Below, in pieces: positions 52,595-64,000 of a stretch of 64,000 nt of DNA. Source of the stretch: Antedon mediterranea. Taxonomy: Eukaryota > Animalia > Echinodermata. Location of the stretch: the NCBI RefSeq assembly GCF_964355755.1, contig NC_092671.1:19902001-19966000 (forward strand). Direction: 5' to 3'. The notes beneath the pieces were generated by a model, which saw only the letters and a program-made list of their open reading frames with translations, was not told the DNA's origin and made no database searches. A program made the position numbers and the translations under genes. Position 1 is the first letter of the stretch. Every line of letters starts with the position of its first letter.

Positions 52595-53807
52595 ATAAAT
52601 AATTAGATAACACTGTGTTAGACTATAACACTATAAAGAACTGTACGACTTAATACAGTCTGTATAGGCAAACAAGTTTGGGTTCGTATGCAATAGGCCT
52701 AAATACGTGTTTTATGGACAATCGATATCGGCTACTGCCTGAGCAAGCTTCTTGAGTCGTTCCAAACGTCTACATTCTTGTTTGATGCTGAACTATTTAT
52801 TTATAAACATCCAACTCATCTTGTTTTTCTTTTTTGTGTCGTGAATTACCACTTTTATTAGTAAAATCATGATCAATAGGCTATTACAAATTAATCAGTA
52901 ATGTTTTTATCTTCATATGTTATTTCTTTAATCACATTTAGAAGGCTACTGTTTTTTTAGAAGGCTACTAAATTTTCATATCATTCAAACTGTTCCAAAA
53001 AAGTTCTCAGAAAAAAAAGTATGATGCATCGGTGCATCAGCATTCCAACTTGCTCATTAATCGGTACAATGCCAACAATCGTGTCCACCATACGTACGTT
53101 TGCACAATAATTAAATATAGACTATAGTTTCTCTTAGGTGTTATTTTATATACGGATTTTTTTCGGGAGCTTTTCCAACTTTCGTAAGTCCTTGATTGAC
53201 ACCGAAGTTTTTAAGGTATCGTGAATAATGTTGCCGAACTTCCGACAGCATAACAAAATTAAAATAAACTTCAGTTTGAAAAAAAAACCATTTGTGCATA
53301 CATGTTTCGTTGTTACGCCGAACAACATCATCGTCATCAGCAACTAAATCCGTAAAAAGCAGCAGCTGGTATAATCTACTTAAAAAATTGTAAAACGTTC
53401 GGCGTATTTCCAAAATGTATCATTATTATTATATTCAAAAGGTACGTTAAAGACAACCCCAGAACTGATGTAACCAAAATCTAATCCCACATAACCTCGT
53501 CTTCCGGTTGTCGTCTTATGGGTATTTCGAACTCAAAATACGTTCAGTTGACGTTGATGGCGCCTGGTATTTTTAGGGGAAATGACTGCTTTGAATAAGT
53601 TTGAATCGACTGTGTAAGTCTGAAAGTGTCTATTTTTGTGGCAGTTAAAGGGTGTCTTCCCGAATATTTTAACAACATTGTTCCGGAATCGATGACGTAT
53701 AATAGGACGACGACATAATAAAGGAACTAGTGACTGTGTAGTTAGTGGCCTTTGTGGTTCCTTTAAATGCTCATTTGAACTCGAACTTTAATACTCATAG
53801 CACCATA

Positions 53808-56800
53808 ATGCACTTCATCTGGTTCATTTGCTCATGTCTAATTTTTTCATTTGTGGTAGGGGAACCAGAATGGACCGAATGTAATGACGATGGATGCTGT
53901 ACTGAGGAAGGGTAAGATTTTCTTGTTGTTTTCTTAAATTTTCTTACCTAATTATGGTTATTGCTATACTACTGTAGGCCTATACTATATCTTGTTTTAA
54001 AAAGATTTAATATTTGCAAATATATTGATGACAATGAATCGGTAAAGTTACTAGCAATTGTAACAGAATACTATTTAAAGCTATAGGCCTATAGTCTAGG
54101 AAACATCTGAAAAAAAGGCCTATGAATCAAGTTAGGGGGTAGAATGAAAGGCAGCCAACATAGCCAGATATTCTAATTAATACCTTCTGATCAAAATGTT
54201 TTGCCTTGTATTGAAATAAAATCAGATCTAAATAAGATAGATGCACTTGTGCCTGACCGTGTAGTGAAAACTGCTACGTGTATCAATACGTGATGTTTTT
54301 TAAAACAAGTAACTAATTCACTAAACCCTTAGGGAATATTATATATCGGGCTTTTAAAAAAATACGAATTATACAAATTATAATACACAGAGCAAGCTCT
54401 CATCATTGTATATATAGTAGTATAATATAGTATATACAGTTTCAACAGTTTGAACATAAATTAATCAATCATTTAAATTGACTCAAATGTTTTATTTAGT
54501 AAACATCAATGTTTCTAATTCGTTGTCTTATGTTGATAGGAGATACAACTAACTAGCCCATGTATTGTCGGAAAAGAAAATCACATTTACATTAAGCACT
54601 ACAGGTTGAAGAATTCAGAAAGTGATACATTGGGAAAGCTATATAGTAAATACGGCTAATCCGATTTTTCTCATCTTTGCTATACATATAATATTCATCT
54701 TAGCTTACGACAGGCATTCATATAAAAACGGAAATAGGTCTAACAATAATTAGAACCATTAGCACTGTGATACGACTTCAAATTGCTAACATTCTACAAC
54801 ATATGTTTACAATAACATGTTGATAGATATGTGCATTAAAATAATTATGGAAAATGACTCTAAGCGAAAAGGAAAAAAATAATGAATTAAGAAAATTAAT
54901 ACTAAAATTGTTTATAATTAATGACAGGGCTAACAACCCACTTTGGCAAGGCAAACCAATTATCATATCCAATGTATAATCAAAATTGGCAACTACTTCA
55001 TTAACAATTATTATATAAACTACAACAATAGCATACAGTAAGTAAATGTCAACTTAAGAGTAAAATTTCCACTAGCGTGCAGAATATTGAACTCATATTG
55101 TAGCCCTATATATTTATTTCTTTTATACAATTTTGTCTATAATTACAGTATTTTAAATAGCCAATTTTGTATTTTTATTAACATAATATTATTAATAATA
55201 ATAATAATAATAATAATGACAATGTACAAATAATAGTAAATAATAAAAAATAATGATAAGAAATAATAATAAATATTAATAAATATTAATAAATAATTAT
55301 GAATAATAATAAATAATAATAACTAATATTAAATAATAATAATTGCTAATATTAATAATAGACACAGCTAAAGGCAATACAGTAATATCTTGACTTGTTA
55401 CGTGAATTATGGCCTGTCCAATGCAATGGTGGTTGACGCAGTAATGTCCCAGTAAAAGTATGCCTAATCCTTCATAAGAGAACACCCAACATAATTTGGA
55501 AATCTATATATAAAGAGTCTCTATCCAATCGAGTTTGAACAATACCATGAAAGCCCCAAGTGGTCTAATGGTTAGGACATCTGAATATCAAGCAGAAGGT
55601 TCCGGATTCGAGTCTCGGTTGGGGTGAATTTTTCTCATTCTCACAGATTTCCTCATCATCATCGTTTCAAATTAATTAATTAAATGTCAGTATATCACCG
55701 GGCGGTTTAGAATTAATGTTCTATGCCTAATGTGTTTATATATATATTATTCAACATGATCGTGCCACATACTTAGTATATTTACATTTATGGTAATATA
55801 ATGACAAGTGTATCGACCGATGTATTCGACACTTTAATAACACTATCGAGCGCTAGATACTACATGTTTACATCTGTTTAAAACATTCTAATAAAATCTC
55901 TAGTGTACTAGAGGGGAAAAAACTGCTAAATTGAGATATATAATACATTATTATAAAGCTTTCATTATTGCTATTGAGATTTGTTTACGTATGAATCTCA
56001 TATCACATTATTTATGTATAAAGCATCATTGTCTAATAAAATAAACTATAGTAATTTATGAAATAGTGAAGCAGCAGGATAAAGGGACGTAACAAATGAA
56101 AGCCTGCTATTAGTACAGCTGTGTTTCCATTCACTCGGGAAACGACCAATGACCAAATAATCCCCTGTAAAAACTTGTCTCACCCACGGAGCAAAAAAGG
56201 TAAGTAGCGGAGACAAAATGACTGGCTTGTCTAGTCGCTAATCTCGTGGAAAATGTAAAATTCATTATTATTACACAAACTAATCAACAATGACATAATT
56301 GTATTCGTCATAAATTTGTATCATTCACAATTAGTGTACTTAATAACGAGATTACGGGAGATAGTACGTCGCTTATCAGAGTAGTTGTAGTAGTAGTAGC
56401 CCGACCATAATTAGATTGAGAATAGTTGCTTGTCAAACAAAGGTAATGTTTGCGGTCGCAAATACGGAGTACTCACAAAAACAAGTTGGTGTAAACAAAT
56501 GTTGTAGCCTTAACACAACTTTATGACAATAAAGATAAAGTTAGCGGTTGCAAATAGCAACGGCAAGATGTGGTAAACCAAATTTATTTCCGATGTTGAG
56601 CCAAATTCATTTATCCATAAACTCTGATTGAAGTATTTTTTTAAAAACAATTATCATTTATAAATTATATTATTGTTGTTAATCACTCTAGCATTTAATT
56701 ATCAAATGTAATCTTCCTCTAACAGGCAGTTCTTCTGACATCTTTTGCTACTCTTCACTGACGACTTCGTCTCGTCATCTTATTCCACTCTTTATGTAAT

Positions 56801-59800
56801 ACATAATTATTTTCTTTTCCCGGGACGCTTTCCTTCTATTCTTTTTTACAAAAAACATTATAGTGTCCGGTTTACCTTCTTTACCTTCTACAATTCCCAG
56901 TTGAACTTGATATTACTTTCACATTGTTCAACTTGTGAACATGTATTGACGATAAAAGCTTTTTTTTATGCAATTAGAAAAATACATTTTTAGTTAAGTT
57001 TAACTTAGAGGCACTGAAAGACACTACATGTAGCAAGACAGATACTTTCTTAATTTTTGTTTATTTTTACTTCCTTGAGGCACTTAATAAGAATGCAGAC
57101 GTTTACATTTACTAATAAAATATAGCTTAAAAGCTATATTTCCATTGTCACTGTAAAATCAAACCATATTGTTATTTTAACAATTCCAGCGGAACTTTAC
57201 GTCAACGCATTAAGTTCCGATAGGAAGTGGAAAATACAATATTCTCTTATAAAAACACATTCATAATTTCTTAAAATCGGCAACAGGGTTGTGTGATGTT
57301 TCAATAAATTAATAATTCTAAATAGTTATTTTTCATATAGATCGTCAGTGATGCCACGCGGACCATGGTATTACAGACATTATCGTTTTCAGATCACGTA
57401 TACCGTTGTGGTGTAAATCTGCCTAAAACGAATTGAAGAGAATTGAGAGAACAGAACATCTATTAATTTTATATTACTTTTAAAACTCTCTGTAAAACAA
57501 AATGCATTTTATATTTATTTTGTTGTGGAAAATTATTTACATAACGTTTTTACATATTTTCAAACAGTGCTGGCTGTGGTGATTGCGATGAAGTAATTGG
57601 TGAATTCGGAAAAGTGTATTGCGATTGCGGAACTTGCCAGACAGGTAAGATGCTTTTAAAATAAAAACCCTATAGAAAAGAAAATTGTGTTTGTTTCATT
57701 ATAAAAATTGAACAAATGAAATAAGTACATAATAGATAAGATGTTTACAACGCGAACACAGATACGATCCCGGTTTGACATTCATTTAGTCAACATTATG
57801 CCTTAATTTAGGGCAGACGTGTACGATTTCTCTGGTGAAATAATATGCCCAAATACATACATTCCCAAGAAATGATGATCACTATTAAATATAACTTATA
57901 CTATAGGAATGTGCCATGAGTTTTTAACACAGGAGAACAGTAATGCATTCTCAGCGTCATCAAATATATTTGGAATGGAAGCAAAACAAGCGAGGTTGGT
58001 AACCAATAATGGCTACTCGGAAAAAAATATTTACTTTGGTTGGCAACCAGATGAGAATGATACATTACCATGGTTACAGGTAGATCTAATGGAAAAACAT
58101 CATATTTCTGGGCTAGTTACATTTGGAAATGCGTTTGGAGATGATTTCGTATCGGCTTACAAGGTGTTGGTTAGCCCAGACAATGAATATTGGGAAACAG
58201 TCGATGGTTTAGATAATGAAAATGGGGTACGTAATTGATTAATACGTTCTTCTTTATTATAATTGTCATTATTATAATCATACGAAGCAAGACTGCGTTA
58301 TGACACGCACTGCTAAAGCGCACTTAAATCGACGCCCTCTTCGACCTGTTTCGTAAAATTACTAGTCCTTTATACAAATTGTCCTCAACAAAATAATTTA
58401 GCTACATTTTTAGAAAGATTTATCTAATAAGGTTGAGCATATAACGTGCATATTATCAAATACAAGTGGTAATTGAACCCATACGATATAATCATTAGAT
58501 AAAGTGTAGAGTTGACCTAAATTAAACAAATTACGCCAGTATAAAACAATTTCAGATGGAGATATAGATTATGTTAGGCCTAACTTTTTATATTATTATT
58601 TTTTATTGGTAATTATCTTACTGATGCAAAATAATTGTATATTTTAAAAAAATATATAGGTTTTTATAGGTAACTCGGACGGAAATTCATCGGCCATTAA
58701 TTATTTTGATTCACCGGTCCATATGCGATCATTACGTGTGTATCCACTGACGTGGCAGAGCCAAATTGTCCTACGCATAGACCTACTTGGATGCTTATGT
58801 AAGTAACAATATTTTAATAATGCTAATAATAATTATTAATAATGCACGAAGAAGCAACAGTAACTTTTTTAGTACTCTTGGGTGGGCTTCTTTTCGAGGT
58901 GAGCTTCTTTTCTTTTCTTTAAAATGAATTCGAAATGCTGTACATTTTGTGAATTGCTACTACAATAATAGTATTTTCTGCCAATTTTAAATATTTGATT
59001 TTGTGATGAAAATACCATTTTAAAATGTAAAATAATTCGTAAGTGGAAAATTCCTTTAATTGAAATATATTTATTTGTTATAATTTTCAGCACTTCCAGG
59101 GATTTCAGCAACAAAAGAACCAACTGGTAAGTTAACGTTAATGATATTCGTTTTAAAATGCATAAATTAATAAATTATTTAATTTGTATATTAATGTAAG
59201 TTTTTGCTTTTATATTCGCTTTTTAGATGTAAATAATATCAACATTTCTGTATATCTGATTGCTGGTATCTGTTTTACATTACTGCTAGCTCTTACAATG
59301 ATACTTTGTGTGAGCTATACACCAAAACGACGTACAGATATGTAAGTATGTAATTATTTCGTAATCTTATCATAAAACATGTAGGGAAATATTATTTTCA
59401 AATACTTGCATGCATAATTCTATTAGGGAATGTTGTAAATAAAGAAGGATAGAAGTGAAACACGTGATTGTTGACACACACGGATATCCTTATCTAGCAG
59501 AAACGAAATTATTGCTGTACTAGAGACCACAACAAAACCATAAAGCAGAATTGTTGTTTTCATTTTCATATTACATAGTAATAAAGACATTCCGAAAGCA
59601 TTGGTGGCTACCCCGCCTAGTTCAATTGCAAGTTCACCGACATCTGCCTCATCCGGTACGTATCGTTTTTTATTGGCGAGCCTCTTTCCTTTTTAGCCTA
59701 ATTTGCAGACTTTTATTACACATAATCACTAATTGCATCCTGCTCTTTTCCTTAAAGTAGGAACTATTCAAAATATAGTATCTTTTATAGACCCTCCTAC

Positions 59801-62128
59801 CAGGCTTGTAAACTGGGCTGAAATTAGGAACAGTATGGTAGCGCCAGAATCTATCTATGCACCAAATTAAAAACAAAATTATAAAAATAATAAATATTTT
59901 TCTCATTTCTCGTTTGCTTTTCGGTAAGAGTGAACAAATGAAACAAAATGACTTTGGACGATGGTAGAATCAAAGAACAATCTGATCCACCAGGTTATTC
60001 TAAAGCACTGCTGTATCAACAAATCTCTTTGAAATCCATGTCCCTTTTCGTGGCCCTCTATAGATGGTTACAAATCAACTTAATAATTACATTATTATTA
60101 ATATTAACACTGGTTCGTACCCTTGTATAAAATCGTTTGCACTCTCCGATTGCTCAATTGAAATGTATGTAAATGATTAATACTATTTAAAATGTGTTTT
60201 ATTAAAATCGTCCCATTTAATTATTTAGTATTAGAATAATATGTAATTTGTAATAAATTATTATATAATTTATTATATTTCTCCTGAAAACTCGTCGTTA
60301 TAAGGTACATCTACATAGGCTATTAAATATTTGCCATGAGCAGTGGTGTGCAATTATTGTGTGTTTATGAATAGGCTGCATCAATCTATCAGTTTATAAT
60401 TTTTTACAAATTATGAACAAATTAAATATTGTAGCTATATAGTGGGTTAGTTCATCTACGTCACAACCAATCTATGCAAATTGAAACAACCCAACTCTCC
60501 TGATCCTTCACATACAATTTCTTGCAAAGTATCATAATTATACGATGTTCCTGTTCCTTTGCAATCACATTGCTACTGATTTTCGACGGAAAGTCATCTA
60601 AATAAAATCTTCATCGGAAAAATCAAGATGGCGGCAATGGACAGTGTAATTTTGAGATAAGGTCGATACAAGTCTTTTATCATTCTGGTAAACCAACAAT
60701 TTTGTAATTAGCAACACAAATCGTCCAAATGTGATGGGGAAGGTGCTTTTCATTTAAAATGGACGAAATTATTTATGTCAAATTCTTCCAGTTTAGGTAC
60801 TGAATCTTCAATGGCTCTAAATATCATAGTATATCGTAATGTTATCATAATTATATTGACTAGCAGTAACTTAACGTGTTTTTTTTGCCTTAATATGTGG
60901 ATATATACTTTGCATGGGCAAGAATAATAAAAGCGCACTCTGATAAAGGTACTTTTTAATTATTAAAATAAAAACAAATTTTATCAAGAATAACATTTGG
61001 AACTACTGTATTTACGGCCATTGTTATACACTATCCCTTCACTTTGAAATATATTTAAGCTAAACAATTAAAGCAATACTGGATATGAAACTTTAGACTA
61101 TAGTTTTCACTGTTCAGACTTTACAAAAATGAAAGACGCTAAAGAAAACTTGTCCTGTGTGAATTAGATGATGCGTGCAAACACTAGCGAAAGTATAACA
61201 TGCCAAACTATATTATTTTGGGTGTTTTTCGTATACTAATTTGATACCTATAGATAAAATAATAAAGTGGACATAAATCGAATGAAAACACAAGTTGTTT
61301 TTATGTTCAACACTATATCAAACCATTTGGAATCGTTTTGTTTGTGTGTGTTCATTTTTATAAATTTTATTTATCTTTTATTTCAATGGTTTTGTAAGCT
61401 ACAAAATGAAAGCAATACTGGATATGAGACTTTTTGCTGTGTGAACAGAGGAGGTTGCGTAGTTTATACAGTGACGTAACACATGGTCGATGAGACCTCA
61501 AATTACTTAAGCTTTGTTCCCACTAGAACGTAACGCAAGGACGTAAACGCAACGCAAGCGTTTTAACCAATGACAAGCGAAGTTATAGACAGTTAGCAAT
61601 CACAAGCGAATAAGCCATCGCTTGTGATTGGTCAATTCACTTGCGTTGCGTTACGTCCTTGTGTTGCGTCGCTAGTGGGAACCACGCTTTATTGTAATTT
61701 TTTGCCTTTTTTAATGTTTATATCGTGTGCGACCCCTCAATTAACATCAGTGTGCCAAATGTGATCACGTATCGTTCAGTGGATTCGGAGGAGATACGTA
61801 AAATTACCCGGTAGGCAACAAATTTAGTTGCATTAATAGATAGTCGCGATTCAGTTAAAACAAAAATGTGGTTGTATAAACTATGCAAATAATGTGACGT
61901 AAAGTGAAATAGAGTCAAACCTTTTTCCAGTTGCCATGCAATTGTCACTAGTTCAAATAAAACAGTGTCTTAAACTTCTAATATTATTATTTCTTTTTAG
62001 GTGATACGTCGTTTCCCAATCCTGCATTTGCTACTAGTCAAAAGTCTCTGTTGCCGAGTGGCGGCAGACATCACTGTGAAACGAATCCATACATAAAAGT
62101 ATCTTTTCCAAAGGCAATTCAACCTTAG
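53808..62128 (+). CDS. Gene C: type I transmembrane protein of about 331 aa (signal peptide, short Cys-rich module, F5/8C domain, TM helix, Ser/Pro-rich tail)
   Basis: Exons 53808-53911, (possible 27-nt exon 57341-57367), 57568-57644, 57907-58226, 58660-58798, 59091-59126, 59227-59341, 59579-59655, 62001-62128. All GT-AG, phases match, 996 nt without the micro-exon. Motifs: MHFIWFICSCLIFSFVVG, PWLQVDL, LRIDLLGC, TM VYLIAGICFTLLLALTMILCV followed by KRR. Confidence 0.85.
55553..55746 (+). mobile_element. tRNA-derived SINE with (TA)n tail, in intron 1 of gene C
   Basis: Near-cloverleaf head GCCCCAAGTGGTCTAATGGTTAGGAC...GGATTCGAGTCTCGGTTGGGGT followed by a body repeated at 32908-33035. Confidence 0.75.
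61510..61688. mobile_element. PIF/Harbinger-like MITE in the last intron of gene C
   Basis: Long imperfect TIRs AGCTTTGTTCCCACTAG...AACGCAACGCAAG / CTTGCGTTGCGTT...CTAGTGGGAACCACGCT; TTA on both sides (61507-61509, 61689-61691). Confidence 0.8.
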
Positions 62129-63814
62129 TAAACGGTAATGTTCATAGAAATATAGTAGAATGTACTAAAGCATTTGGTAATTTTTCATCATTGATTACCA
62201 TGTTTTTATTTTTATTTACATTATTTTAATAATCTTAAACAATAAACATGTTTAAATTAAATTTTACCATGACTTAATGATTGATCTTTATACGATATTG
62301 AGTTATCAAAAAATTATAGCAATAATGTAATCAGTATTTTTAGTACCATACAATATACATAATTAATGTACCGTATTCTGTAAGTGGCAAAAATGATTTG
62401 AATAATAAAAAAGTATTATAATTCCGACACAAAACAACAATTTATGTTTTTTTTTACATATTAAAATAACAAACCAGAAGACAGTCATTTGTATAAAATC
62501 TAATGGTTTTATTCTATGTATACAAATCGACAAAACAAAATATGTTCATATAATTATCAAAATGTTCTTCTATGAGGTTGAATAGTATCGATATATTCTT
62601 TACACTTCAATATTGGTTGTTGGATACAACAATGTTACAGCATCAACAAGGAAATAGGTTATCAACCACGTTGAAATAATACAGCGTGGTACTATTTATG
62701 GGATAGGATAATTACATATTCTCATTCCCGATGTGTTATTTCATTTTTTTAAATCGTATTTTTTTTTCAACTTTTCGACGCTTCACAATTATTATCATAT
62801 TATAGCATAGCATAGGGTGATTCATTAAAATCGTTATGCACATAAGCAAATATGTACACAGCAAGTAGAAAACATATAACGTTTTACATTTTATATTGTC
62901 ATAATATAAACTCTTTGAAAGTATAACAATCATTTGAATCGATTCTACACTGTGACCGTTTTCAACATACAGTAACTATCCTCAACACAAGGCTCATATT
63001 TCTGGTTTCAATTTTTGTCTAGAATATTAATGAAATGCAGTTAAATTTGATTTTACAATATAGGGTTGTAGGGGTACAGGGGACCTGACCTAGCCTAATG
63101 TACTATCTAATATGACTCGAAAATACAATTGAAATCTCATTGGTCTAGGTAAAAATGTCGTGCACAAAATTAAGTCGAACTCCCTTCATTCATTTAAGCA
63201 TTATTGCTGTATTCACTTTTGTAAAATGTAGTGTATAATTTTACTATTGTTAAGGAAATTCATATTAAATTGAGTCAGGTTTACCAATATCAAATTATAG
63301 ATTTACAAATCTCTTAAATTGTTCTTTTGTTTTTGTTACAACTGTATTATGCCTAACTGCATTACTTCTTTTTATTATACTTTCCCAGATTTGGTCAACA
63401 GTAAACATCACTGGCTTTTAATCTTAAATTTAATAGTTAGAGCACTAGAATAATTTTTGAAATTCTTAAAAATGCTTCCGAAATGTAATATTTACACTAG
63501 ATCAGTATTCGCAATAGCATTTTAGGCATAACTAATAATACACACTTTTATTAAAGTCAATGCTAATGTTCATTTCTAAAGTAACTAAATAAACATGAAG
63601 CTTAACATGGTAATTATCTATAACTTGACTATAGATCAGTCAGTTTGCGAAACGAAATTTTGCTCCACAAACTATATTTTAAATGTAATGCTATCTTATT
63701 TTAGAATTGATTGCTAAAAGCTATTGGATTTTGAAAACTTTTACAATTTGCAGCAATTTTCCATAAACCTTAATGATATTTAAACAGCTGCTGACAATGA
63801 ATTTCGATTGATAT

Positions 63815-63947
63815 CTATACTCTACATTCTAACTGATCATTTTCAGCAAGACTGCTTTTTGGTGTTTTTACTGTTCCAATTGTACGTGTTGTTATCCATA
63901 GGTCGTCTGATTTATTGTCGAATGAATAATCTCTCTCTTTTTTAGAT
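63815..63947 (-). CDS. Possible last coding exon of a convergent gene lying mostly beyond the right edge
   Basis: Long polypyrimidine tract plus AAG acceptor, then an open frame SKKERDYSFDNKSDDLWITTRTIGTVKTPKSSLAENDQLECRV*; minus-strand AATAAA at about 62510. No homology recognised. Confidence 0.35.
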
Positions 63948-64000
63948 CTTTATACAGCAGCGAATAAAAAGAAAAAAAGAAAGTGTTTTAAACCTAAACG

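Noticed and set aside
55553-55626. Functional tRNA gene
   Set aside because: Mismatches in the anticodon and T stems, an atypical anticodon loop, and a downstream body repeated elsewhere indicate a SINE head.
58335-58370. Hammerhead-like GAAACAGGTC on the minus strand
   Set aside because: No upstream CUGANGA and no stem II.
59948-60130. Extra gene C exon with a PPGY (PPxY) motif
   Set aside because: An in-frame TGA at 59939-59941 lies between it and the nearest acceptor, and no phase-compatible splice was found.
60624-60636. YY1-like AAGATGGCGGC as the start of a nested gene
   Set aside because: The ATG frame closes after 10 codons and there is no other support.

Overview
AT-rich, intron-rich animal genomic DNA, probably a marine invertebrate such as an echinoderm (inference from gene and repeat content). 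The window holds three genes encoding F5/8 type C (discoidin) domains. Gene B (minus, 36543-21638, 15 coding exons, about 987 aa) is a secreted protein with the order signal peptide, F5/8C, uncharacterised beta-rich region, C-type lectin domain, Cys-rich module and Asp-box region. Gene A (minus, starting at 6171 and running off the left edge) is its tandem paralogue. Gene C (plus, 53808-62128, about 331 aa) is a type I membrane protein. A possible last exon of a convergent gene lies at the right edge. The rest is dense with mobile DNA: a near full-length RTE-BovB LINE with a TSD and an empty site in the paralogue, a decayed L2-type LINE, L1/Tx1 and CR1/L2 fragments, tRNA-derived SINEs including a MetaSINE, Helentron-like non-autonomous repeats, MITEs and foldback elements. 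The most notable observations are: (1) the L2 ORF1 joins an RNase H1-type hybrid-binding (Cauli_VI) domain to a coiled coil and an SGNH esterase; (2) an intact type I hammerhead ribozyme at 10926-10974; (3) short TSD-flanked palindromes and TA-GGCC-TA / TA-CGG-TA indels that look like transposon excision footprints; (4) patchy sequence exchange between genes A and B. All calls were made by eye, without database searches.
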